Assembly: GCA_013416795.1 (NCBI GenBank)
Contig: RQSC01000033.1
Span: 250,583-314,582 of the forward strand
Direction: 5' to 3'
Origin: Prasinococcaceae sp. CCMP 1430
Lineage: Eukaryota > Plantae > Prasinodermophyta
DNA length: 64,000 nt
A program made the translations under genes and the position numbers. Of the stretch, positions 30,042 through 41,440 are shown in pieces (position 1 is the first letter of the stretch; each line of letters starts with the position of its first letter). Below the pieces are notes generated by a model, which worked only from the letters and a program-made list of their open reading frames with translations, was not told the DNA's origin and ran no database searches.

Positions 30042-31489
30042 ATGGCGGCGGCGGGCGCCGCTGCGCGGCCTTTCGACGTCGTCGTGTTCGGCGCCACCGG
30101 CTACACGGTGCGTGCCAGCGGTTCGCGCGCGCCCGTGCGCGGCTGCCGCCAATGCGACTGCTCGTGCGGGCGGGATGAAGCCGCCGCTGGCCCAGGCTGC
30201 GGCTGATGCGCGGGCGCGCACGGGCATCCCCGCAGGGTCGCCTCGTCGCAGAGTACCTCGCGAGGACGTACGAGTCGCCGACGGCCGCTGCGACTGCGCC
30301 GCGTGTTGGTTCCGGCGCGGCGCCGCGGGAGCCGTTGCGCTGGGCAATCGCCGGGCGGTCGCGCGAGCGGCTCGAGGCGGTGCGAGCGTCGCTCGGCGAT
30401 GATGGCGAGGATGTGGGCGTGCTCGTGGCGGACTCGCACGATGACGACTCGCTGGCCGCGCTGTGCTCACAGACGTCCGTCGTTGCGACAACCATTGGCC
30501 CGTACGCGGAACACGGCGCTGCGCTCGTCGAGCAGTGCGTGGCGAACGGCACTGACGTGTGCGATCTGACGGGCGAGCCGCAATTCGTGCGTCGCTCAAT
30601 AGACGCCCACCATGTCGCGGCGGCGCGGCGCGGCGTCCGCATTGTGCACTGCTGCGGCTACGACTCAGTGCCCTCGGATATTGGTGCACTGATTGCGGTA
30701 CAGGAGGCGAAGCGAGCGGCGCCTGGCGAGGAGGTGCATCGCGTGGATTACCTGCACGGCCCGGCGGACGGCGGCGTGTCAGGCGGAACCATCGCGAGCA
30801 TCTTCAACCTGCTGGAGAATGAGCCCTTGTCAGTGGTCATGGAGACGAGTAAGCCTTACTACCTCGCGGAAGGTGAAGCGGGGCCGGATTGCGGCACGCT
30901 CAGCGGGGTGTCTCGCGTCAGGCCGCTTGGAAACGCCTGGGCTGGGCCGTTTTTCATGGCGGGGATCAACGAGCTGGTTGTTCGCCGAAGTGTCAGCTTG
31001 CAGCCGAAAGTCTACCCCAAGGACCTGCTGTATCACGAGAGACAGGTGACTGGACGAGGTGCCAAGGGCCTCTTCAGCGCTGTGGCGCTCTCGCTCGGCA
31101 CGATGGTGGGAATGGCTCTTCTGGCCATCGGCCCGCTCCGCCGGGCCATCCGCCGCTGGCTGCCCTCGCAGGGCGAGGGGCCGACGAAGGAGAAGAACGA
31201 GACCGGCTACTTCAACATCACGCTGGTGGCGCAGGCGCCCAGCGGCAAGGAGCTCAGCCGGGTGGCCGTGCGAGGCACGCGCGATCCAGGCTACGGGGCG
31301 ACCGCCGCCATGCTGGGCGAGGCAGCGGTCGGGCTCGCGCGCACACGCGGTCGCACGCCGCCCGATGGGGCGCTCGCCGGCGGCGTGCTGACGCCCGCGA
31401 CGGCCCTCTCGACCGCGCTCGCCGACAGGCTCAACGCGGTGGGCATCGTCACCTTTGCAGCGAGCAGCGCGCCCGCCGCCGCCGCGTAG
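30042..31489 (+). CDS. SCCPDH: Saccharopine dehydrogenase-like oxidoreductase; 2 exons
   Basis: Exon 1 is 30042-30107 (FDVVVFGATGYT) and exon 2 is 30236-31489 (GRLVAEYL...WAIAGRS...TTIGPYAEHG...DLTGE...CGYDSVPSDIG...DPGYGATAAML). Confidence 0.88.
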
Positions 31490-31643
31490 GAAGCCGTCCA
31501 CACATTGTGTGAGTGGTAGCACTGAGAGCGCGTCTGTGCACAGTGACGCTCAGCTGGCCCGCGATTGGCCACCTACGTGCGTACATATTATTTCCCCACG
31601 GGAGCGTTTGTACATATAAAAACAAAGGGGGATTTGTGGATTG

Positions 31644-32492
31644 ATGGGATTGTGGATTTTGGCGAGGGCGGAAGAACCCTGCCCTGCGCGGCGCGCGCGT
31701 GGCCGGCGTGTGGGCGCGCCCGCTGCGCCACACCTCCAGCCAGCCCGCGCCCCCCTCCCCCCCCCCTGCCCAGCTTCTGCCGCGGCGGAGGCGGACGCCA
31801 CCGGCGGAGGCGGGGCGGCCGCGGGGGCTGCGGGCGCTGCAGCGCAGCCGCCGCTCGCGGTGACGCAGGCCAAGCACGTGCCCACGCCGTGGGTGAAGTT
31901 CTGTTCGGCTTGCGGTGCGGAGTGCGAGCAGGCCGTGCCCGAAGGCGAGGACAGGCTGCGCGCCGTGTGCACGAACGGTGAATGCGGCAAGGTGCACTGG
32001 CAGAACCCACGCATGGTGGTAGGCGCCATCGTGGAGCGCGACGGCGCGGTGCTGCTGTGCAAGCGCAAGATAGAGCCTTGCGCTGGAATGTGGACGCTGC
32101 CGGCGGGCTATGCCGAGCTGGGGGAGAGCGCGGCTGCCGGCGCAGTGCGCGAAACCTGGGAGGAGGCACTGTGCGCCGTGCGCGTGGTGGCGCCGTTCGC
32201 ACACTTTGACATCCCCGTCATCGGTCAGGCGTACGTACTCTTCCGCGCAGAGATGGAGGCGCCATACACCCACGCAGCTGGCGTCGAGACCCTCGAGACG
32301 CGCATGGTGCCGCTTGGCGAGCTCGAGGACTACGACATCGCCTTCAGCTCAATCAGGGTCGCCCTGCGCGAGTATACGGCGGACGCCGCGGCCGGCAAGT
32401 ACCGCGTGCACCACGGCGTGATTGCCAAGAAACCCGGCTCGCATCCTGCGGACCCGGATGGCTTCCTCTTCGAGGACCACATTGCCACGTAG
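31644..32492 (+). CDS. Nudix hydrolase with N-terminal zinc ribbon (NUDT23-like FAD/ADP-ribose diphosphatase); start uncertain
   Basis: KFCSACG...RAVC..CGKVHWQNP zinc ribbon and Nudix box GYAELGESAAAGAVRETWEEA. Confidence 0.87.
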   Translation: MGLWILARAEEPCPARRARGRRVGAPAAPHLQPARAPLPPPCPASAAAEADATGGGGAAAGAAGAAAQPPLAVTQAKHVPTPWVKFCSACGAECEQAVPEGEDRLRAVCTNGECGKVHWQNPRMVVGAIVERDGAVLLCKRKIEPCAGMWTLPAGYAELGESAAAGAVRETWEEALCAVRVVAPFAHFDIPVIGQAYVLFRAEMEAPYTHAAGVETLETRMVPLGELEDYDIAFSSIRVALREYTADAAAGKYRVHHGVIAKKPGSHPADPDGFLFEDHIAT

Positions 32493-32582
32493 TGGCTGAG
32501 TAGACGCTGGGCGGCTCAATAGCTTCGCATGCATGTACGATAAGTAAGAATGGTACTGTATTGGTACAAGAGCGCGCAGCAC

Positions 32583-33151
32583 TCACTGGTCGCGGTCAGC
32601 GGCGTCGAGAGCGTCCAGCGCCTTGTCGAGCGCTGCGTCCTCCGGATCGGCACCGTCCTCGTCGTCCTCTCCCTGCAGCGCGAGGGGTCAGCGTCAGCGG
32701 AGAGAGCACACGGTGCGCGCGGCCGAGCGGGCTTGCATCTGAGCGGGACGGGACAGTCCAGGCGCACCGCTCTCACCATGAGGATGGAGAGCTCCTTCTC
32801 CATGATGGCCCTGTTTTCCCTGGCATCTTCAAGAGCTGCGAGCTGCTGCCGGTCGAGTTTCTCGCCCGCGGCGGCCTTCGCCTCGAGTGCATCAAACCTA
32901 CGGAGCTTCTTCGCGAGCGCGCGCGCCATCTTTCCCGCGTCTGACAGCTTGTCCTTGCGCAGCGGCGCGTTGCCGTTGTGCTGCGAGCGCTCCTTCGGCG
33001 CACCGCGCTCGAGCTTCTTGCGTTTGTACGTCATTGCCGTCGACTCTGCCGCGTACGCCCGCTTGGCCGCGAGCTTGCGCATGCGGTACGAGGGCCGCCC
33101 GGCGGGGTGCGGCCTCTTCGTGCGCGGCTTGTCGCTCTTGGTGTCCGGCAT
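32583..33151 (-). CDS. Small basic/coiled-coil protein with a KKLR-x-LE-x-G-x-L-x-Q motif and acidic tail; 2 exons
   Basis: Exon 1 is 33151-32777 and exon 2 is 32672-32583 (GEDDEDG...RDQ*), with clean GTGAG/CAG junctions in phase 0. The motif resembles, from memory, the PYM1/eIF2A C-terminal helix. Confidence 0.6.
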
Positions 33152-33309
33152 GGCGCGCGAGAGGGGCGGGCTGGGTGCTGCGGGTTGGGCCCAACGCCGT
33201 GGCGGTCACCTGGCTCCTTCCCTCGCCCTCGCCCTCCACGGGGGGTTCGGGGAGCGGCGCGCGGCGCGCGCGCGCGCGCTCTGGCCGGCTGGCGGCGGCT
33301 GGCGGCGGC

Positions 33310-33526
33310 NNNNNNNNNNNNNNNNNNNNNNNNNNNNNNNNNNNNNNNNNNNNNNNNNNNNNNNNNNNNNNNNNNNNNNNNNNNNNNNNNNNNNNNNNNN
33401 NNNNNNNNNNNNNNNNNNNNNNNNNNNNNNNNNNNNNNNNNNNNNNNNNNNNNNNNNNNNNNNNNNNNNNNNNNNNNNNNNNNNNNNNNNNNNNNNNNNN
33501 NNNNNNNNNNNNNNNNNNNNNNNNNN
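33310..33526. other. Assembly gap (N run)
   Basis: 217 consecutive N. Confidence 1.
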
Positions 33527-33728
33527 GCCGCGCGCGCAGTGGCGCCGCCGCCGCCCCGCGCTGCCGCGGGCGCCGACGGTCGGAGAGGCCGCCTTTTGCG
33601 GCGCCCGAGGATTGGTCGCGCGCGAGGGCGCGCGGGCCCGTCGGGGGAGGGGATTTTTAGAGATGATTGCGGAGGGAGCGCCCGGCGCGCGCCAGCGGTG
33701 TCATCGCCAGCGTACCGCGCGCGTCGAC

Positions 33729-35880
33729 ATGGCGCAGCGCCTGTTCACCATCTTCGTGATGACCATGGCCGCGCTGTTCTGCATGGCGTGCGCGGGCGTG
33801 TTCGCTCGCGTCGAGGCGGCCAAGCAGAGGAAGGTTCGTATTCGCGCGCCAGAGCTGCGCGCAGCCGCGCGCGCATGCCACGGAGTGCGGACCGCGTGGG
33901 CGTGCGGGCCCGCTGACACTGGCCTCCGCTTGCGCTCGCCCTGCGTGCGTAGGCTGTGCGCGCGGGCACGAATGCGTTCGGTCCGAACCCAGGACCGCGC
34001 GGTCGGATGCCGAGGGCAGGGTCCGCATTTACCGATGCGCAGAAGAGGGTGTACCGTGAGGAGGCGCGCGCGATGTTTTACCACGCGTACGATTCGTACA
34101 TCCAGCACGCGTTTCCCGCGGACGACCTCGCGCCGTTGAGCTGCTCTGGCATCAAGTGGACCGGCGGGGTCGCGGCGACGCTCATCGACTCGCTGGACAT
34201 GCTGCTCATCCTAGGGAACGCGACGGAATTCGAGCGCGCTGTCGGCTGGCTCTCGACGGAGCTCACGTTTGACGTGGACGTGCGCGTCAACGTGTTCGAG
34301 ACCAACATCCGCCTGCTCGGCGGCCTGCTCGGGGCGCACCAGCTCATCCTGCTCAGCCACGAGCGCAACGGTGGTCTTCCGGGGATGCCCGCGCTTGGGA
34401 AGACCCTGCTGTGCCCAAACTACGACGGGCAGCTGCTGGACCTGGCAGGCGATTTGGCGCGACGACTGCTGCCGGCGTTCACCAAGTCCAAGAGCTCGGT
34501 GCCCCTCGCATGGGTGAACCTCCGCAGTGGCGTCATGCGCCGGGATGTGCGGCACACGTGCACCGCGGGCGCGGGCACGCTGCTCCTGGAGTTCACGGCG
34601 CTCCAACGGCTAGGCGACTCCTCGGCGCCGTGGGAGGCCCTGGCGTCCTCCGCCGCGAGCGCGCTTTTCGAGCAGCGCTCGACCAACGGACTTGTCGGCA
34701 ACACGCTGGACGCCGACTCGCAGGTATGGATGAAGCGCGAAGCGAGCATCGGCGCAGGCGTCGACTCTTTCTTCGAGTACCTGCTCAAGAGCCACCTGCT
34801 GCATGGCAAGCAAAAGCATCTGGATGAGTTCGCGTCGCTGTACGTGTCGTCTCTGCAACACATGCGCTTCCCGCGCCTGGGGCGCTGGCTGTACGATGTG
34901 GACATCGACAAGCCCAGCACGGCGAGGGCGTACATCAGCTCCCTCGGCGCTTTCTTCCCGGGCATGCAGGCGCTGATGGGCGACACGCGCGACGGCGCCC
35001 TGCTGCATGCGGAGTACGGCTCGGCCTTTCGCGAATTCGGATTCCTGCCCGAGCTGTTCACCCCATCAGGCCACCAGGTGCGCACGCCTCTTTCGCGGGT
35101 TATCAGCCGCTATCCCTTTGCGTGCTGCGTCCACCCATGCGCCCTTGTCGCTGACGTGGGGCGTCGACGCTGACATGTACGCTGCGCGCGCGCATCGTCC
35201 TCCCGAAACCTCAACAGGTGCACCCCAGTCAAAAGAGCTATCCGCTTCGGCCGGAGCACGCCGAGAGCGCCTTTCTGCTCCACCGCGCCACCGGCGACGA
35301 CCGTTTCCTGCGCGAGGCGGCGGGGGTGCTGGAAGCACTCCGCGGCACGCGGACGTCGTGCGGGTACGCCGCCGTCAAAGACGTCAAGACCAAGGTGCTG
35401 GAGGACAGGATGGAGTCGTTCTTCCTGTCGGAGACGGTCAAGTACCTGTACCTGGCCTTCGACGAGGAGGTGGACGTGCTGGAGCGCTACGTGCTGACGA
35501 CCGAGGGGCACCTCTTCCCGCTGAACGCCACGCTCCGCGCACGTCCGTCGGGCTCGAGCTGGAGCGAGCGCACCGAGGACCAGGAGTCGCACGAGACGGC
35601 GATGGCGCTGGGTGTCTCGCCGGAGTGTGCCGCCAACCTGCCGCCTCTGGGCGGGAGCGCTAGCGGCGATGGCGCGGACAAGGCCGACGAGGCCGTGCGC
35701 ACGCTGGCGCGCGGCCGGCGCTGCGCGGCCTTCATGGTGGTCAACGAGCGGCGCGACGCTGCGACCGTCGCGAGCGTCGAATCAGCGCCGTCGTGGGAGC
35801 CCCCGCACCAGCAATTCTTTGGCGCGGGGCACGGCAGCTTGGCCTCGTTGGCCTCGACGCGCGCGGACGGCGAGCTATAG
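33729..35880 (+). CDS. GH47 alpha-1,2-mannosidase, EDEM/MNS4-5 type; 3 exons
   Basis: Exons are 33729-33833 (signal anchor), 33953-35077 and 35218-35880. Motifs MFYHAYDSY, TLIDSLD, FETNIRLLGGLL, IGAGVDSFFEYLLK, YPLRPEHAES, DRMESFFLSETVKYLYL and TTEGH. Confidence 0.93.
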
Positions 35881-37176
35881 CGGGCAGCGGCACCATCCCC
35901 ACTGTGCCATACACAGCCAGCGGCGCAGCTGTCAGCCGCTGCCGTGCACCACTGTAAACTTCATGTACACTAGCGATTTCCCACGCCCAGCCGTCCACCC
36001 AGCGATTCGATTCGAGCGCCCAGGCGGATGGCACTCTGGCAGGCGGGCGGTGCACCTGCCGCCTCGTGGCCCGCCGCAGCTTCTCGCTGGCCCTCGGCTC
36101 AATTCTCCCCCAGGCTGGGCAGCCGCGGCTGCGCGCCGCCCCGGGGAGAGGATGCGCACGCTCCCACCCCTGCGGCCCTCGCCTCGGGCGTCGCCATCCC
36201 CTGCGCACGACGAGCGCTGCGCATATGCTTCACGAGCCTCCTGCCCGCCATCCCCCGGCCGCTCAATTTGGCGTGAATTGATGACGTGGCGCGACGCCCG
36301 GTCGACCCCTTCGTCAAAAGGCATGCCAAGTTTGCTCACCGACACACGTGCTGGGGTCAAACAGACCACCAAGGCCCGGCAGCGCGGCGTATCACGCCAC
36401 ATTGGTCCCATCAAAACGTCGTCCGTTTGACGCCTGGTCACCTCGCATTGCGCAGGTCAGAGCGCTTCCCAACCGACGCCTCGTCAAAACGCATGCGCCC
36501 CGCAACGGAGGGCGCGCGCTTCCTCCCGCGGGGGGGGGCGCGCCGCCCCGGAAGGATCGAAACCCAAACCCGAGCACGCGGAGGACCGACTCGGTGCACT
36601 GCTGGATCCACGGAATGTGCCGTCCTGATGCTGCGTGAGTGTAAACCCTACAAAAAATAATTGCAGGCGGCTGCAGCTTCTGCTTTTCCGTTTTTTTTGC
36701 GCCGCGTGCGGCGTCGTGCGGTGCGGGCTTCCAGCCTCGCAGCGGGGGCGAGGGGGGAGGGGGGCGCGCACGGGGCAGAGCGCGCGCGCGCGCGAGCTCT
36801 GGCGGCGCCCCTCTGACTCGATGCTCGCGATGGAGGCGTTCGACGCCACGTGCGGGCCGCTGTGCGGGCGCTGCGGCGAGGGCGGCGAGGGCGGAGAGGA
36901 CGACGGAGCTGACGATGCGATCGATCCCGATTCCTCGTGCGGCATCATGTACGTGTGCCCCGCCTGCCTCGCTTTGCGGCGGCGCGACGCGTGGTGCGCT
37001 CGTCAGGGCGGCAGGGGATGCGCGGCAGGGCGTCGCCGCCGCCGCCAAAGCGGTACGCCTCGGAGCATGGTCGCCAACGGCGGCTCGAGCAGCGGCCGCA
37101 GCGGCTACAGTGGCAGCAGGAGCCGCTCCAGTCGCAGGCGTCGCTCCCGAGCGAGCTCGAGCGCGCGTGCCGCTTC

Positions 37177-38644
37177 ATGGCGCGCCGGCAATCGGCACCG
37201 CCGCGCATGACAAAGCCGGCCGCCCCGCGCGCAGGCGCTGCGTGTGACCAGGGGCGCCGGGCCGCAAACGAGGACGCCGTGGCGCTCGTCCCGGGCGTCT
37301 TCTGCGTGCGCTCGTCGCAGACGTCCTCGGTGGACGGCATGACGGTGCGTCGCCGCGTTGCCGCGCGCGCTGTCAACAGCCCCGCAGCGACGACGCGCCC
37401 CTTTGGCCGCGGCGCGCGGCCCGCGCTGCTGGCCGCGGACGCCCNCGGACCCGCGGGCGCTTCCGCCGGCGCGGCAAGCGCGGGGGGGGGGGGATGCTGG
37501 TGTGAGTGTTTGCGGGGGGAGGGGGGGGGAGGGGGCCGGTTCTTTCTCACCAGAATCCAAATTGTGATCGCGGGAAGTTTCCCCGGTCGAGGAGGAACTC
37601 GAGGAGGAACGCGAGGAGGAACTCGAGGAGGAACTCGAGGTGGGAAAAATGAGTGCGATAGCCTGACGCGAGCCGCGGCGTGCACCCCGCGCGCATGTTG
37701 TGCAGGACGGCGACTCGGGGTCGGACGGCGGCGACCATGCGCACGACCCGCCCGCGTTTACGCTCGGGAACGGCCAACCGGAGGACGAGGGCGAGCCGGG
37801 CGGCGTGAGCACGGCCGCCTGGCTCGGCGAGACTGCGTACCACATGTACGCGGTCTTTGACGGCCACGGCGGCAAGTCCATCTCCAAGCACTGCTCGCAA
37901 AACATGCACAAGTTCCTCGCTGAGGAGGCGCGCAACATGCCCGAGGTGAAGGCAGGCGGGAAGATGAGCGCGTGGGCGGGCGACCTCTTCAAGCGCACGT
38001 TTCACAAGTGCGACAGCACGGCCGCCGAGGCCGTCGGCCAGAGCCAGGCGCAGGGCAGCGGGTCCACCGCGGTGGTTGCGCTCGTGGGCGGCGGCCACGT
38101 CGCCGTGGCCAACTGCGGCGACTCGCGCGCTGTGCTCAGCAGGGGCGGCCGCGCCGTGCCGCTCAGCTTCGATCACAAGCCGGAGCGACCCGACGAGATG
38201 CAGCGGGTGGAGAGCCTGGGGGGGCAGGTGGTGTTCTGGAACGGGTACCGCGTGCTGGGCGTCCTCGCCATGAGCCGCGCGATCGGCGATCATTGCCTGC
38301 GGCCGTTTGTCATCCCCGACCCGGAGGTGCGCACCGTCGAGGTTGGCGCGGACGACGACTTCCTCATCCTCGCGAGCGATGGGCTCTGGGACGCGCTGAG
38401 CAACGAAGACGCCTGCAATGCCGCCGCGCGCGCGCTGGCGCGGTGGAGGGAGGAGAGCGCACGCTGTGGCCAGCAGCGCGCGCGCGGTGGCCAGCAGCGC
38501 GCTCGAAAGACAGGCGAGCAGCTGGCCGCCGACGTGCTGGTGCGCCTGGCGATCGCGCGAGGCTCGGCCGACAACGTGAGCGCCGTGGTCGTCGACCTGA
38601 AGGCCCACAGGCCCAGCACCAGTGCCTCATCCTGCGCGCACTGA
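37177..38644 (+). CDS. Protein phosphatase 2C resembling clade A (ABI1/HAB1); at least 2 exons, N-terminus may extend to 37018 or further
   Basis: The exon ending at 37344 carries motif 1 (DQGRRAANEDAV); intron 37345-37705; exon 37706-38644 carries VFDGHGG, VANCGDSRAVL, DHKPERPDE, VVFWNG.RVLGVLAMSRAIGD, LASDGLWD and GSADNVSAVVVDL. Confidence 0.9.
37587..37634 (+). repeat. 12-bp tandem repeat (GAGGAGGAACTC) x4 in the PP2C intron
   Basis: Direct reading; one copy has a C-to-G style variant (GAACGC). Confidence 0.85.
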
Positions 38645-39109
38645 GCGGTCGCGCGCACCCCGGCGGGCCTCACAAGAGGGATGGAGTGGCGGCGGCTTCG
38701 GCGACAGAAACACGCTGAATGACCAGCCACGCCCCTTTTGTTCATTTTTCTTTTTTGTGCATGCGGACGGAAGCACTGGCGGCATGTCATGTGAACTACG
38801 CACCATCAGCCGGCCGGAAGGAAGGGCTGCTGATACTGTACCAAAGTATGATACTAAGCGATGCGGCGCACGCGGAATGGGGCGCGTGGGGAAGCTTGAC
38901 GGAGCGAGTCAGCACCCAACCGCCTCCGCGCGCACCGATAATGTACAGCTTGTCAAAATGGCAGCACGGCTGCACGCACGAAGCCGCGCCGCAACTGCGC
39001 TGCTATCCCGCGCCAGCGGCGCCGGAGGTGCGGAGCCTTCGCTTGTGTCTGTCGAATTCGTTGTTTACCGATACAGTACAGTCGCAGCGCATGCCACGGG
39101 GTGAGGGCA

Positions 39110-40189
39110 TCAACCCCCCGCCTTCTTGAACTGCGGACTGTTGGGGTCGCACACGCTCCCCTCGAAGTTGCTGCAGCAATCGCCATTCTTCACGCAGTTG
39201 ACGTCGCAGAAGCACGTGTCCTCCTCGTCACTCGGGAGTTTGACCTTGACGCCCTTGCCGCACGTCGCTGGCGAGCACTTGCCTGCAGTCGCGTCGAGCT
39301 CATCGCCCTCGCCCTCCTCCTCTTTCAACGCCGCGATGTAGTCGTATTCGCCGTCGCCCATCATCTGCAAAGCGCTCGCCGCTGGCACCGCGGGTATAGG
39401 CCCCGGGCTGGCGCCGTCGTCTGGCGTGCCGACCATGATGTCCTCGCAGCCTGCGCCGCATACGTTGCATGACTCGGGGCAGCAGTCGGAGAACACGAAG
39501 CAGAGCTTGTCGCAGAAGCAGACGGGGCCGGCCTCCGGGAAATCGTAGGCGAGCACGCCCGCTTCGCAATGCTCGGGAAAGCAGCTCGGCCACTCCGAGT
39601 AGGGCAGATAAAAGTATTCAAACTCTGATGCGCCTTCAGCTCGAGCGAGCCGCGCCTGGCCTTCGCTGCCAGCTCGCCCAGACCGGTCGGCGAACCCGGC
39701 ATTCCCGCGGCCTGCAGCTGCAGGCGGCGCGGGCGCGAGCAGCAGTATGAGAAGCAGCGCGCCGGCGCTCGCCGCCGCCGCGGCAGCGCTGAGCGTAGAC
39801 AACGATAGTGTGCTGTCTTTGCGGCGACCTCGCCCGCGCCGTCGCCGGGGTGGCGTGCCGTGCGGTGCAGACGCCACTGTGTTGCCTCCCTTGCTGCCGC
39901 CTGCGGCACTAACCGCGTTTCTCTGCCGCGATGTCTTCGCTGCTTCCGCCGCACGGCCCTTGATCACACAGGCCGCGGTCGCCGCTCCCTTCCTCCTCCC
40001 CCTTCCGCTGGCGCGCCCACCGAAGAATATACTCGCAGCAGCAGGCACACACTCCCCTCCTTTTTGGCACGCCGTTGCGCAACAGCAGTGGCCGCCGTAG
40101 CAACGACGGCAGCAGCACCCCGCGGCGGCCGCGGATCTGCTCGCAGCCGCCGCCGCTCGCGCGCCGCCGCCGCCGCCAGCCCCCGCCAT
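39110..40189 (-). CDS. Cys-rich secreted or membrane protein with two somatomedin-B-like modules
   Basis: CFCDKLCFVFSDCC and CFCDVNCVKNGDCC match the SMB-type C-x-C-D-x2-C-x4-D-C-C pattern, downstream of a hydrophobic segment (AGALLLILLLAP). The N-terminal part of the model is uncertain. Confidence 0.6.
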   Translation of the reverse strand: MAGAGGGGGARAAAAASRSAAAAGCCCRRCYGGHCCCATACQKGGECVPAAASIFFGGRASGRGRRKGAATAACVIKGRAAEAAKTSRQRNAVSAAGGSKGGNTVASAPHGTPPRRRRGRGRRKDSTLSLSTLSAAAAAASAGALLLILLLAPAPPAAAGRGNAGFADRSGRAGSEGQARLARAEGASEFEYFYLPYSEWPSCFPEHCEAGVLAYDFPEAGPVCFCDKLCFVFSDCCPESCNVCGAGCEDIMVGTPDDGASPGPIPAVPAASALQMMGDGEYDYIAALKEEEGEGDELDATAGKCSPATCGKGVKVKLPSDEEDTCFCDVNCVKNGDCCSNFEGSVCDPNSPQFKKAGG

Positions 40190-40687
40190 ACCTCGCCGTC
40201 AAGGTCATGCCGCTGCCGAGCGCAGCGCGCAGCGCCGCCCGTGGCCGCTGTGGCGCCCCAGCGCACGCACCGCGTCAGCAGCCACCCGCCGCCCTTGCCC
40301 CCCACCCCCCATCCCTCCGCTCGGGGGCGGCCGCAGGCCGAGCACCACCGCCACAGAGCGACATCCTAACAGCACGTGGCCGCGCGCGTGCCTCGCAACG
40401 TTGCACAAAAAAGTCGGCAGGTGGACAATTCCGAGTCGATTTTCCCACCGAACAGGTGGCCCCCCGCCCAAAGGGGACGGGGATGTTAGAAACGCATCGA
40501 TGAAAACGCCGCCTCTCAGCACGCTCTCCCCGCCTCCTTCGGTGCCGCGGGCCCGCGGCGCCCTCGGCGCTGAAAGGTTGACTGATTCGAGCGCTGCTGG
40601 CGCGGCTGGCGCGGCTGGGACCCGAATCTCGACGCGATGAGTGCGCGCAGCCGCTCTGCTCGGCGCTCGTGCGGTCGTGCGTGTCGA

Positions 40688-40688
<1 letters not shown>

Positions 40689-40746
<58 letters not shown>

Positions 40747-40800
40747 TGTGTGTGTGTGTGTCGTGCGTGTGTGTGTGTGAGTGAGTGTGTGTGCGTGTGC
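40689..40800. repeat. (CA)n microsatellite directly followed by a (TG)n-rich tract; long quasi-palindrome centred on CACGTG
   Basis: About 27 CA units at 40689-40742, then GTGT... to about 40800. Confidence 0.95.
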
Positions 40801-41440
40801 GTCACTGTCACACCGCGTCCGTGCTGGTGTGTGCACACGCGTGTCGCGGGGTGCTCAGCAACGCCGCCGCGCGTCGTGGCCGTCACGGCGTCGGTGCCAA
40901 CCGACACACGCAGCGCATGCGTCACACATGGACATGGCCATTTGACACGCCCAGCGGATCTGATTCTGTGCATGCGCGTCCGCGTTGGAACTTCCGAGGT
41001 CCATCAATGCTAACCACACGCAGTCTTCTGTGCAAAATCATGAACCCGAAACCCTAAACACATCTACGCACCGATGGGTTGGTCTAGGATCGACAAAAAG
41101 GGTCGATGCGTGGATGCTCTGAGCAGAGCAGGGGCAATTGAGCTTTAGTGGAGGGCCCAGGCGGTAGTATGCGGCACACCCGCTCTAGCTGACCCCTTCT
41201 ATTGGCGTCGGCTGCTCGGCTTATGAACGTACGAGGCCACTCCTCTCGCTCGCGGTCTCGTTCGCCATGTCGACTGTTGCTATCGCCGTTGAGACGGCGC
41301 GGTGCAGGAGCGTCCTGGAAGGGGCGACCGTGCCAACGCACGCCTGCACCGCCGCTGGTGGTGCTATTGCTCGTGTGTGCGCGCGCATCATGCGATGCGC
41401 GCAGTGCATGGCTTCGTACGCCCGCCTCGATACGCGCGGG

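Noticed and set aside
35881-36800. Short ORFs between the GH47 gene and PP2C
   Set aside because: No recognisable motifs; overlapping GC-rich shadow ORFs appear on both strands.
40275-41013. ORFs with poly-CV or poly-HT tracts (also 44118-45578)
   Set aside because: They are translations of (CA)n/(TG)n microsatellites.
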